Shown here: positions 22,602 through 35,700 of the stretch, one piece after another
How positions within the stretch are numbered: position 1 is the first letter of the stretch
Layout of the letters: each line of letters begins with the position of its first letter
NCBI GenBank assembly: GCA_002269645.1
Contig: NIVC01000976.1
Span: 124,001-188,000, forward strand
Direction: 5' to 3'
Length of the DNA: 64,000 nt
DNA from: Macrostomum lignano
Taxonomy: Eukaryota
Notes under the pieces: model-generated
The model's database searches: none
The model's input: only the letters and a program-made list of their open reading frames with translations
Told to the model about the DNA's origin: nothing
Translations under genes and position numbers: made by a program

Positions 22602-23214
22602 AGCATCGGTTTTTAATACCATATTCGCCGTTTCTCAATCCAGCAGAGCAAGCAGGATCGATGCTGAAAGCCGCTGTGAAACAGCGCATTCAAACACATG
22701 CCATCCAGCGCGAGGTGGTAGATGTATTTGAATGAACACTGGCCTTCGGAAATGGACCAATTGACTAATTTTCACTCTCTATCTTGTGTCTATATGTCGC
22801 TTCTTTCTTCTTCTGCGCACATACAACAATAAAATGGATCGCAGTTTAGGCCAAATTTGCTTCAGTAATTTTACACTGTCTATGGCTTTCAGCTCAGCTC
22901 AGCTGGGTGAGGGGACTCGCGAAACCGAAGGATTTCCTATCCCTGTTAAAGTTGATCGCAGTTTTGGCCAACTAGATTGCAAAAGGTAAAATAATTTTTT
23001 CTGTGTAATATAATGTGATTTTTGTGCGTAATTACTTCAACATTTAAATGTAACTGAATAACAACGGCTAAGCTGAGTCTTCTCGGCAGAAAATGTTTGC
23101 AATCCTTCAGGCGATTTCAACCAGAGTAGAATGGTTCTGAAAGACAGGAGCGACAGCTCATGACAGTTCTACTAATTTGCAGCTCAGCTTTAATGTTGAA
23201 TTACACCTATAAAG

Positions 23215-23397
<183 letters not shown>

Positions 23398-23416
23398 TCT
23401 ATACGCACCATCTGAC

Positions 23417-23921
23417 TGGAGCGCCTCTTTCGCACACAGTAGACAGCCAAGCCGATGGCAAGACCGATGACCACCAGGGCCAGCGGCACGCCAACGAAAA
23501 CGCCTGTCTCGCGGGACCCGACGTAGCCGGACAGTTTAGTGCAGCTCTCCTTTCGGACGGGCATTTTGCAGTCACCGGAACTCGTTTTCTCGTCCACGCA
23601 ACTAGCGAAATAGGTCCAGTCTTGGCTCACTGAGCAACGCTTCCTTTGCAGGAACTTTCCCTCGTCTCTGAGAAACGTCATTTTGACGAACAGGCCGTTT
23701 ACGGTGCATGTCTCAACTTGGAGTCCAACATTCTGGAGCTGCAGCCTGGAAAGAGCTGCGAGAGTGGAAGTCCCGGACGAGTCGGGCAGTTGGCCTGTTA
23801 TGGCATCGCTGCCAAGCCGTAGCTGCTCCTTCAACATCGAGGTGAAGCTTTCTTCGCACAAGCCATAATTGATGACAATGCAGAAAAGTAGCGCAACGAA
23901 TAGTGGAGCTGGGTGTCTCAT
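23417..23921 (-). CDS. Exon 1 of an orphan type-I single-pass membrane protein (paralogue B)
   Basis: Signal peptide, ectodomain sharing DA.TG, VETC...GL..K.T and Cys spacing with paralogue A, TM segment, RKRR, QM|GTGCGT donor. Confidence 0.7.
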
Positions 23922-26900
23922 TGCCAGTGTGAACTGATAGGATTCGAGGAGTTTTTAATCATCTGTATAAGATGAGGGACTCATTATTTAATTACCTCTA
24001 TAATAAAGTTTTATTGCTGTGAACACACCTTTCATGCACATTTACAGTATGATATGTGGTATTCTAATGATCTTTTAAATTGGTGCATGAATGTTTGATG
24101 AATCAGTGGTGTTACGTCGATACGTCTTACGTCATTAATTGCTGCGCCACTCAAATAATCAGTTTCACTAAATTACTGAAAATAAACTAGAAATTGTCAC
24201 GTTATTTGGCGTAGGGGCTATGACCCTTAGAAGGGCCGTTTTACGAGAGTCGTCGTAAGTCGTAGTCCCAAAATGAATCGAGTCAAGTCTTGAGAAGCGG
24301 ATTGTGTAGCGGAGCACTTGGCGTACAAGGCAGGGAACTGCCGTAGTTGATTTATTGTTGAGATCAATATTCTAATTGGTTAATGTCAATACAGAACTTA
24401 TTGCGCTTTGGGACACTGGCGGCTGCAACAATGGTTTTGAATTGAAGGTGGGTTAGAAATTGCAGTCGAGTGGCAGGCGAGTGATGCAATGCGATGCAAC
24501 GTGGTGAGTAACGGCGATGAGCACAGAAGAGGCAGATGCGTGGTGGTGAGATTGGCGTTAGCCGTGGCAGACAGTGGCAGGCAGTGTAAGCAGGCTGGCC
24601 CAGACAGAGGAGCCGTGGCGAGAGATAAGGGGGGGGGGGGCTCGAGGCAGCCCGAAACCAGACAGAAGGCAGAAGAAGGGCCGAAGGGAAGGGGGGGCCG
24701 CCGCCAGGCGGGGGTGCTAATAAAGAGCGCAAAAGGGGGTAGCGTAAACACGGAGAGCCTTCATTGGCTGGCGAGAGAACTTGAAATTATCGATCGTGCC
24801 AAAATTCACAGACGAGCGCAAGGCCTACCAAATACACAGTGAATTAGCAATTGATACAGATTATTTGCACGCTACTACAAGTAAACGTTAAAATAAACTA
24901 TTGGAGAAATTAAAATGAGAAATAGCAAGGGAAACTATAGTCCAACGGCCCCTCTCGGGACCACTTAAACTAGCAACGTCACAAAATGCACATTTGAGTA
25001 AAGATTTTAACAGGCTAGTAACTTACCAGTAGATATAATTTGAGTATAGTTTATAGTTCTGTAGAGAGAATGACAGAAGTGAGAATACTGCTAGTGGTTT
25101 TTTGTCATGTAAACATGCTGCTAGCATGTATAAAAAATGCGAGACCAAAATGTATTTTAAATCACTTGATTTTCTTTTATCGTAAAATCATTAACAAAAC
25201 GAAAATAAATACAAGCATGAAAGGTAAATATACAATTTTAAATCATTTTTTCAGCTAAAATACTCTATTTTGAATTCATTTAATAAAAACAATTCGACAG
25301 AGAACAGTGTCGCGATATTTAAACGTCCTACGTAAGATCGTACTGGGGTACCTGCATGTCATGTCCATATATCTTCTTCATCTACCTATACTAAATCTCT
25401 AATTTATGTATGTATGACTTTGTCTGTCTGTATCTAACGCTCTAGTCTTCTATGCTAATATCATTAAGTATAAGATCTTTACAATATACTAAATCTCTAA
25501 GATCTGCTAGGCCTAGTCCAGTTTCAATCTACACAAGACTCTAACTTCTAAGTAAGGGGCCTTTTTGGCTTTTTATAAATAATGCTTGTTCAGTGTTCTG
25601 CCATTCTGGTTTTGATTTAGAACCAGAATACAATTTGTACAATGAAAGTAGGCCTATAACTTTTTGTCTCCTAACACAAAAATAGCCTATATATAGGTAT
25701 AGAGTATTGGGACATATGTGCTCTAGAGTCTAATTCTTGTGTTGTAGTTAAATTAATGAATGACAATTATCAAAAAAGAAAGAGAAAAATTGCATGGAGG
25801 CCTAGTAAGGCTATTATATTAGTATTAAGCAGTCCAATATTCAACAAAGTTAGATGGTTAATACTGTTTTTTGGAATTTAGGTTTCAGATTTGGTATTAT
25901 GAAAATGCCCTATAAGGTTAGGCCCTATAAATTCCCTATAAAAGAAGCCAAATCAAGGCTATATAGAGGATGCTAAAGGATTTCCTAGCGGAAATCTTGT
26001 AGGGCTTCATGGCAGAGCTAAGAATTATGGGCTGGTTTATTGTAGTAAAAGCAAATCCTATATATAGTGCAGCTTGCCAAGTCACTTTTTGGCTAGTTTG
26101 GAGTGGAACTTTTGCAAAAAAGCCTAAATCTAGCAATAAATGGTTGGATCTGGTGGAGCAGTGTCCTCATAGACCTTCAATGTGTCAATGATTTTGGCTG
26201 GCTACCAACCAAGTTTTATAAGAATTATCACCTTAGTGTGAGCTTTGATTTTTTATTTTCTATTGCTAAAAGGGTATACTATAATTAAAGCGTTATTATG
26301 CAGATACCAATCACTTTAGAAAAACCAAAACTCTATCAAATAAAGAACAAAAATTATTTTTTTTCAAATAAAACCAGTTGCAATTCAATACCTCTAATAT
26401 TTTCGAAGTTACAACAAAGTTATTACTTTTTGACTTTCTTTTATATGTGTATAATATTATTGATATGGTAAACATGCTTAAAAGCTCAAATATTATATGT
26501 GATTATAGTCATCTATTATTATGTGATAATAATATTATTATGTGATGGTAGTCATCTCATCATAATGGAATAATGAGCATTGCCATAAGAGATACCTACT
26601 TGGTCAGCAATCTTGCCTATAGTTACATTGATTCTGTTTAATCACCCTGTCACGTTTTTGGCATGGTGACTGCAACCCTCAAAAGGGCCGTTTTGATGAG
26701 AATTACTGACATTATTAGTTGTAGGTTCCCAAAAGGATGATGAACTCAACAATGGCAGAGTAGATTTTGTAGCGGTAGCACTTGGCAAATCAGCGGCAAG
26801 AAAAGTAAGAGCCGCAATGTGTTTATTGTAATTGTCAATATAAGTTACTACAGAGGCTATAGCACGCGAGGGCACTGGCGGCTGCATTAATGGAATTGAA

Positions 26901-27358
26901 TGGAAACAAGTCTGGCCCAGACAGGCGGGCTGTGGCAAGAGATAAGGAGGCACGAGGCAGCCAACAAGGAGAGAGAAGGAAAACAAGATGCCAAGAAGTG
27001 AGGAGGCCCCTAGCCCGCCGCCAAGCGGGGTTAATAAAGGAGCGTAGGAGGGTTAACATAATATATGCGGAGAGTTTTCATTGGCTGGCGAGGGAAAAAC
27101 AAGAAACGGAAATTATTGATCGTGCGAGACCCTACAGACGTACACAAAGATTACAAAGTACGCAGAGATTTAGCAATTGATACAGATTCATTGTGCGCTA
27201 CTACCAGTAAACATGAGAATACACAATTGGAAATTTTAAATGAGAAATTGTAGAGAAATTTTAGTCCAATGGCCCTTTTGCGAGACCACTTTAAACTGAC
27301 AACATCATACACCCACTATATAGCTTCTGTTTTCCTCCTTTCCTTTCCTTCAAATATA

Positions 27359-28986
27359 CGAGGATTGTTCGGAAAGTCCGCGATCAAACGTGTCTAACAG
27401 TTTAACGGATTGAACAAATGTAACGCTACTCTTCCTGCTTCTCAATGTAGGCACCCTTGAGACTTATGCACTTTTGCCACCTCTCAGGCAACTTCTTGAT
27501 GCCGGCAGCATAGAAATCGGCAGGTGACCCCCTGACCCACTGGCTGATGGCCAATGCCAGGGTCTGTAGAGAGCTGTACTGGCAACCTCGGAGGGTTTTT
27601 TTCATCTCTCCGAACAGCCAGAAGTCACTGGGTGCGAGGTCCGGCAAGTAGGGCGGGTGTGGCAGCACCTCGAAGCCCAGGTCCAAAATGGCAGCCATTG
27701 TTGCCTGGCTGGTGTGCGGCCTGACATTGTCGTGCTGCCATTGATGGCTTCACGCAACTTCTGCAGGACTTGGATGTAGTACTCACTGTTTATTGTGGCA
27801 CCACGAGGAAGCCATTCGATGAGCAGAATACCCTCCTTGTCCCAGAAGACAGTGGCCATTTGCTTGCCAGCTGAAGGTGCAGTCAGGGCCTTGACAAGTG
27901 TGGGCTCATGGCTGGCCTTCCACACACTGCTCTGCATCTTGGACTCTGGCTCACTATAATGAAACCAGGATTCATCCCCAGTCACAATCCAGTCCAAAAA
28001 GTTGGGATCACTGCTGGGTTTTTTTGTGCGAATGGGTGCGAATAGCATCCTGGTCTTAAAAATCGCACCCTGAAATTTGACTCAGGGTGCGAAAAGCGCA
28101 CCCAAATTTTTGCAAGGATGTGATGCGGGTTTTACAATTTAGTGTTTTACTGTTATGGACTGTTATGGATATGCGTTTGGAATTTGGAATTTGGATCATC
28201 ATTGGATGGTTTGGATGGACAAAAACTTTGAAACACTATTAGTATTAGACCAGTTTTTGTCTGCAGCAGTGCAGCGCATCCTGGTCTTGAAAATCGCACC
28301 CTGAAATCTAGCACAGGGTGCGAAATCGCACCCAAGTTATGGACGAAAAAAAAACCCAGGATCACTGCGATATGACTGGAGGAGCTGCCGACACACCTGG
28401 ACCCGCTCTCGCTGCTGCTGGTCAGACAGAAGTTTCGGGACCCAACAAGCAACAACGCGTGACATACCGAGCTCAACCATCAGGATTGAATGAATGGCCG
28501 TTGATGAGATGCTAGTAATGGTTGACAACTCTTGCACTGTAGCTCGGTGGTCAACATCCAGAGCACGATGCACAAGCTTGATGTTTGACCTGTTGACCAT
28601 GGTGGCAGGCCGGCCACTCCGTGGAAGGTCATCGACTGTCTCCCAGCCGTCTTCAAAACGCTGCACCCACTTGTTGACCATTGTTTTTGATGGTGCACAT
28701 TTGCCATACGTTGCTTGCAACTCGCGAAGAATTTCTGCCTGTCACTTTCCTTGTTTCCACAAAAACCAAATGACACTTTGCTTTGCTTCTTCATTGTTCA
28801 GCATAGTGATGGAATTCGTGTGTGACTAAAAACACTGCAAGAAGGAAATTTCTGGCTCAAACAAGACCACTCTTGATTTAAAACATTCAGGGTATGATAT
28901 TTGTCTATGGTATAAAGTTTCAAGACAAAGTAGTGACTCAAAAAAAGATATGCATATTTGATCGCGGACTTTCCGAACAACCCTCG
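27359..28986 (-). mobile_element. Mariner transposon (defective), interrupted by a MITE
   Basis: TIRs CGAGG(A/G)TTGTTCGGAAAGTCCGCGATCAA flanked by TA; motifs WVPKLL, IVTGDESW, HDN, HPPYLPDLAPSDFWLF; frameshifts. Confidence 0.92.
28015..28358. mobile_element. 344-bp non-autonomous element with 10-bp TSD (Mutator-like)
   Basis: TSD GGATCACTGC at 28005-28014 and 28359-28368; termini TGGGTTTTTT...AAAAAACCCA; removing it rejoins the transposase (RSDP|NFLDWIVTGDE). Confidence 0.8.
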
Positions 28987-29728
28987 TATATTACACTTAA
29001 TTGGAAAAATGAAAATCAGTCCACATTTATTTAAATGCTTTGATAGCAATTTATCCATAATGAAATCATTTAACTATGAATTAGCATTACTGACAAGTGA
29101 CTGGAAAGTAGCAAGATGGGCATTTTATTGTATTAGGTATTGCTTAGTATTTAAATTAAATTGAATTGGTTCAAAAAATCATTTCATCCCATCTTTATAG
29201 CCAATCTAGCCAATTGGGTTGTGACAAGACAGCCAATGCAGGTATGTTGCAAAATGATCAACCAAGTACCAAATATTGTAAGAGGAGTACAGGACAAAGA
29301 TATAAAAAATGAACAAATAAAAAAATAGAAAACATAAAATAAAAGAAAAAAGAGGAAAAACTTACACAATCAATATAAAGGAAATTAAAATTGAAGGAGC
29401 ATTACATTGTTCAAGTCAAAGAAATCCAATATTTAAATTGCATGCAGAGCAAAGCTATGCTGCAAAGTCTCTTAAAGACAGAAGTATGTTGCATTTTAAC
29501 AGAAGACTATCATACCAGCTGGGTAAAATTCAATAGTTTTCACATTTATGAAATATATAATATACATGGCAGTCTTTCTCAAGCCGTCTGTAGCTCTTGG
29601 TGTAGGCAAAAGTATGTTTGACGCGGTAGCCATATTAATCCACAAATTGCCTAACAACTTGTTTCAGTAAGAGACCTTCAGCAAGAAGTTCAAGTAAAAT
29701 AAAACAAAAAACAACTCAGTGCTCAGCG

Positions 29729-32700
29729 ATGGCGATTGTTTTTGACGGTTATTCAAGAGTTTACCCAGCCAGCTACTATGAGGATCCGAGCCTCACCGAG
29801 TTTTTCTACCGGATCGGCCTGTCATTGGGAGAATTCGCCTTCAATTCAACCAAGTATCCCCATGACTACGCCTTCACGCTGCGGATGCTCCGCTCCTGGC
29901 GCCTGGTTGATGTGGGCGGAGCCGTCCTGCTTGCCATGCTGTTCACTGCGCTGCGATATGTTATCTCCGTTTGCTTCTCGTTGGTAAGTGACCGGCCGTC
30001 TACCTGACTTCAGTGTCTGCATTGTAAAGCTTCGCATTCTACTGTAACATCGCGTCTAACTTTCCCAATCTCTAAACTTCTCAGAATCTCCAACCTTCAA
30101 AATCCCCATGCTTCACTATCCCCATTATCACTTTACGATCCCCATGCTTCACAATCCTCATGCTTAACAATACCCATGTTTCACAATCCCCATGCTTCAC
30201 AGTCTCCATTGCCACTTCACGATCCCCATGCTTCACAGTCTCCATTGCCACTTCATGATCCCCATGCTTCACAATCCCCATTATCACTTCACAACCCCCA
30301 TGCTTCACAGTCTCCATTGCCACTTCACGATCCCCATGCTTCACAGTCTCCATTGCCACTTCACGATCCCCATGTTTCACAATCCCCATGCTTCACAGTC
30401 TCCATTGCCACTTCACGATCCCTATGCTTCACAGTCTCTATTGTCACTTCACGATCCCTATGCTTCACAATCCCCATTATCACTTCACAACCCCCATGCT
30501 TCACGGTATCCGTTGTCACTTCATGATCCCCATGCTTCACAGTCTCCATTGCCACTTCACGATCCCCATGCTTCACAGTCTCCATTGCCACTTCATGATC
30601 CCCATGCTTCACAATCCCCATTATCACTTCACAACCCCCATGCTTCACGGTATCCGTTGTCACTTCATGATCCCCATGCTTCACAGTCTCCATTGCCACT
30701 TCACGATCCCCATGCTTCACAGTCTCCATTGCCACTTCATGATCCCCATGCTTCACAATCCCCATTATCACTTCACAACCCCCATGCTTCACAGTCTCCA
30801 TTGCCACTTCACGATCCCCATGCTTCACAGTCTCCATTGCCACTTCACGATCCCCATGTTTCACAATCCCCATGCTTCACAGTCTCCATTGCCACTTCAC
30901 GATCCCTATGCTTCACAGTCTCTATTGTCACTTCACGATCCCTATGCTTCACAATCCCCATTATCACTTCACAACCCCCATGCTTCACGGTATCCGTTGT
31001 CACTTCATGATCCCCATGATTCACAGTCTCCATTGTCACTTCATGATCCCCATGATTCACAGTCTCCATTGTCACTTCACGATCCCCATGATTCACAGTC
31101 TCCATTGTCACTTCATGATCCCCATGATTCACAGTCTCCATTGTCACTTCACGATCCCCATGCTTCACAATCCCCATTATCACTTCACGATCCCTATGCT
31201 TCACAGTCTCCATTGCCACTTCACGATCCCCATGCTTCACAGTCTCCATTGCCACTTCACGATCCTCATGTTTCACAATCCCCATGCTTCACAGTCTCCA
31301 TTGCCACTTCACGATCCCCATGCTTCACAGTCTCCATTGCCACTTCATGATCCCCATGCTTCACAATCCCCATTATCACTTCACAACCCCCATGCTTCAC
31401 AGTCTCCATTGCCACTTCACGATCCCCATGCTTCACAGTCTCCATTGCCACTTCACGATCCCCATGTTTCACAATCCCCATGCTTCACAGTCTCCATTGC
31501 CACTTCACGATCCCCATGCTTCACAGTCTCCATTGCCACTTCACGATCCCTATGCTTCACAGTCTCTATTGTCACTTCACGATCCCTATGCTTCACAATC
31601 CCCATTATCACTTCACAACCCCCATGCTTCACGGTATCCGTTGTCACTTCATGATCCCCATGATTCACAGTCTCCATTGTCACTTCACGATCCCCATGAT
31701 TCACAGTCTCCATTGTCACTTCACGATCCCCATGCTTCACAATCCCCATTATCACTTCACAACCCCCATGCTTCACGGTATCCGTTGTCACTTCATGATC
31801 CCCATGCTTCACAGTCTCCATTGCCACTTCACGATCCCCATGCTTCACAATCCCCATTATCACTTCACAACCCCCATGCTTCACAGTCTCCATTGTCACT
31901 TCACGATCCCCATGCTTCACAATCCCCATTATCACTTCACAACCCCCATGCTTCACGGTATCCGTTGTCACTTCATGATCCCCATGATTCACAGTCTCCA
32001 TTGCCACTTCACGATCCCCATGCTTCACAACCCCCATGCTTCACAGTCTCCATTGTCACTTCACGATCCCCATGATTCACAGTCTCCATTGTCACTTCAC
32101 GATCCCCATGATTCACAATGCCCAAAAGTTCCACAGCCTAAAAATATGTGCAATTCTATCACAAACTCCTAATTTTTATGCAGGCTCTTGTATAGCCGAG
32201 CTAAGGGCCTTCTGACTTGCTCCTTCTGACAGTTCTTGAAACAACTTTCCCTCCTGTTTCATCTCCCTCCCGTTCTTTCTTGTAAATCCACCCACTGAAG
32301 AGGCAAGGCTCTGATCCATAATCCGTTGCTTTCAGCCCGTAGCAAACTGGCTGCAAATCCAGCCAGCCAGCAAGTTGAAGTGGCCGGAGTCAATCTGGAA
32401 ATTCATCGCCTACAGCGGCTTGTGGCTCTACTCGCTCTACGTTGTGCTGCTCAGCGGTCGGTACGACTTTTTTCACAATCCTGTAGACATTCTGCGCGGC
32501 ATCATCTTTGATGGTGAGCTTCTGATCTCATTGATTCTCACTCTGTCTTTGCCAGTCTCACCCTCTCCCAGTCTCACCCTCTCCCAGTCTCACCCTCTCC
32601 CAGTCTCACCCTCTCCCAGTCTCACCCTCCCCCAGTCTCACCCTCCCCCAGTCTCACCCTCTCCCAGTCTCACCCTCTCCCAGTCTCACCCTCCCCCAGT

Positions 32701-35700
32701 CTCACCCTCTCCCAGTCTCACCCTCTCCCAGTCTCACCCTCTCCCAGTCTCACCCTCTCCCAGTCTCACCCTCTCCCAGTCTCACCCTCTCCCAGTCCCA
32801 CCCTCTCCCAGTCCCACCCTCTCCCAGTCTCACCCTCTCCCAGTCTCACCCTCTCCCAGTCTCACCCTCTCCCAGTCTCACCCTCCCCCAGTCTCACCCT
32901 CTCCCAGTCTCACCCCTCCCAGTCTCACCCTCTCCCAGTCTCACCCTCCCCCAGTCTCACCCTCTCCCAGTCTCACCCTCTCCCAGTCTCACCCCTCCCA
33001 GTCTAACCCCTCCCAGTCTCACCCTCTCCCAGTCTCACCCTCTCCCATTCTCCTCTCCCAGTCTCAACCTCTCTGTCTCACCCCTCCCTGTCTCACCCTC
33101 TCCAACAGACCAAGTCTCATCCCTCCCAGTCTCACCCTCTCCAAGTCTCATCCCTCCCAGTCTCACCCTCTCCAAGTCTCATCCCTCCCAGTCTCACCCC
33201 TCCCAGTCTCACCCTCATCCAGTGTCACCCTCTCCAACAGACCAAGTCTCATCCCTCCCAGTCTCACCCTCTCCAAGTCTCATCCCTCCTAGTCTCACCC
33301 TCTCCAAGTCTCACCCTCTCCAAGTCTCATCCCTCCCAGTCTCACCCTCTCCAAGTCTCATCCCTCCCAGTCTCACCCTCTCCCAGTCTCACTCCTCCCA
33401 GTCTAACCCCTCCCAGTCTCACCCTCTCCCAGTCTCACCCTCTCCCATTCTCCTCTCCCAGTCTCAACCTCTCTGTCTCACCCCTCCCAGTCTCACCCTC
33501 TCCAACAGACCAAGTCTCATCCCTCCCAGTCTCACCCTCTCCAAGTCTCATCCCTCCCAGTCTCACCCCTCCCAGTCTCACCCTCTCCCAGTCTCACCCT
33601 CTCCCAGTCTCACCCTCTCCCAGTCTCACCCTCCCCCAGTCTCACCCCTCCCAGTCTCACCCTCTCCCAGTCTCACCCTCCCAGTCTCACCCCTCCCAGT
33701 CTCACCCCTCCCAGTCTCACCCCTCCCAGTCTCACCCCTCCCAGTCTCACCCTCATCCAGTGTCACCCTAACTCCAATCTCAATCTGTCAGTTCATGCAA
33801 ACCTATAATTTTCACACTAAACTCAATATACAGGTAAGTATGTGCCTCGCGTGTTTTCTCGCACACCACAGACCTCCGTCTTCGTACTTTAAACTCCCCA
33901 GGGTCACCTTCGCCCCTGTGCCCTATGCTCTGCCCCTATTACACCACTGCACACAACCAGCAGGGGGGGGGGACTGTGCCTTCCGGCTTCCCCTTCCAGC
34001 CAGGTCCACCCTGTTTCAGCTTTCTACTCAATGTCTCTGGAGAGCTGCTCAGCCGTCTTATCTTAGAGAGCAGGAAATGCTCTGTAGAAGCCGCTGCTTG
34101 GTGCCAGGCCGCGCGCTCCAGTTGGCTCAGGGCGGTGACCCCCTCCCCTGTGGGTCAGAAATATTTGAAAGTATCTTGAAACTTTTCATTGCACAACAAT
34201 GGGGCCTACATTGGAATCTCGGCTTGGCTCTGCTCGTGCAATCAACACCATTAAAGGCCAACCTCCAAGGCACGGTGAAGTATACATGCATAACCAGACT
34301 CAGAGCCACTGTACACTCCTGTGTGAGTGTGTGCCTGCTCAGGGGAGTCGATGGAATGGGCAGCAATGACTCTCGCCGGTTGTGTGGCAATGTCGCTTGA
34401 AGTGCGCCAGGGTGCGCACAGCCGCGGCCTCTAAAATTAGTATTAGGAGAGCTCAACACTCTGAATTTATGCCCACTCTGCTAAGATTTTGTTTCTATTT
34501 AAAAAACGGGGAAACCATCTTCGAAAATCTTGATCAGTTGTTAACTTGTTAGAACTTAGTGTATTTTGCACTGCTTGCGGCTAATTTCCTTTCTCGTCCA
34601 CCCTTTCCATTCCCGTCACTCTCTTCCCTTTCCCTCCACTCTCTTCACTTTCCCGTCTCTCCCTTCCCTTTCCCTCCACTCTCTTCATTTTCCTGTCTCT
34701 CCCTTCCCTTCCCTCCACTCTCTTCACTTTTCCCTCACTCCCTCCTTCCCCTTCCCTCCACTCTCTTCACTTTTCCCTCACTCAATTCCCCTTCCCTCCA
34801 CTCTCTTCACTTTTCCCTCACTCCCTTCCCCTTCCCTCCACTCTCTTCACTTTTCCGTCTCTCCCTTCACTCCCTTGTCTTTCCCTTGTCTTTCTATGTG
34901 ACGACAAGGTACCCTTGTCTTTCCCTCCACTCTCTTCACTTTTCCGTCACTCCTTTGTCTTTCCTGTCATTCCCTCTCTTTCCCATCTCTCCATTCTTTT
35001 TTCTGTCATTCCCTCTCTTTCCCGTTTCTCTATTCTCTTTCCCATCTCTCCATTCTCTTTACCGTCACTCCCTTCCCTTTCCCGTCACTCCCTTCCCTTT
35101 CCCGCCACTCCCTTCCCTTTCCCGTCACTCCCTTCCCTTTCCCGTCACTCCCTTCCCTTTCCCGTCACTCCCTTCCCTTTCCCGTCACTCCCTTCCCTTT
35201 TCCGTCACTCCCTTCCCTTTCCCGTGACTCCCTTCCCTTTCCCGTCACTCCCTTCCCTTTCCCGTCACTCCCTTCCCTTTCCCGTCGCTCCCTTCCCTTT
35301 CCCGTCACTCCCTTCCCTTTCCCGTCACTCCCTTCCCTTTTCCTTCACTCTTTCCTGTCCCATCATTCAATTTTAGCAGTTCTCAAACCTTACTCTGCGC
35401 ACCTGAACTCTATCATTGCGCAGAAAACTACCTGGAGAAGCCGCTGCCATCGGACATTTACTGGATGTACGCCCTGCAGCTGGGATTTTATCTGCACTCC
35501 GTCTACGCAACACTGTTCATGGACGCCTGGCGCAAGGACTCCATTATGATGCTGTTCCATCACGGCCTGACCATCTTTCTACTTGAGTTCTCTCTGCTAA
35601 TGAAGTGAGCAATGAGACAGTTGGGAGTTTGGTCTGCTGCATTTAAACCAATGCCATTCAATGCTTACAAATTTTCAGGTACTACAAAACCGGGGCGCTG

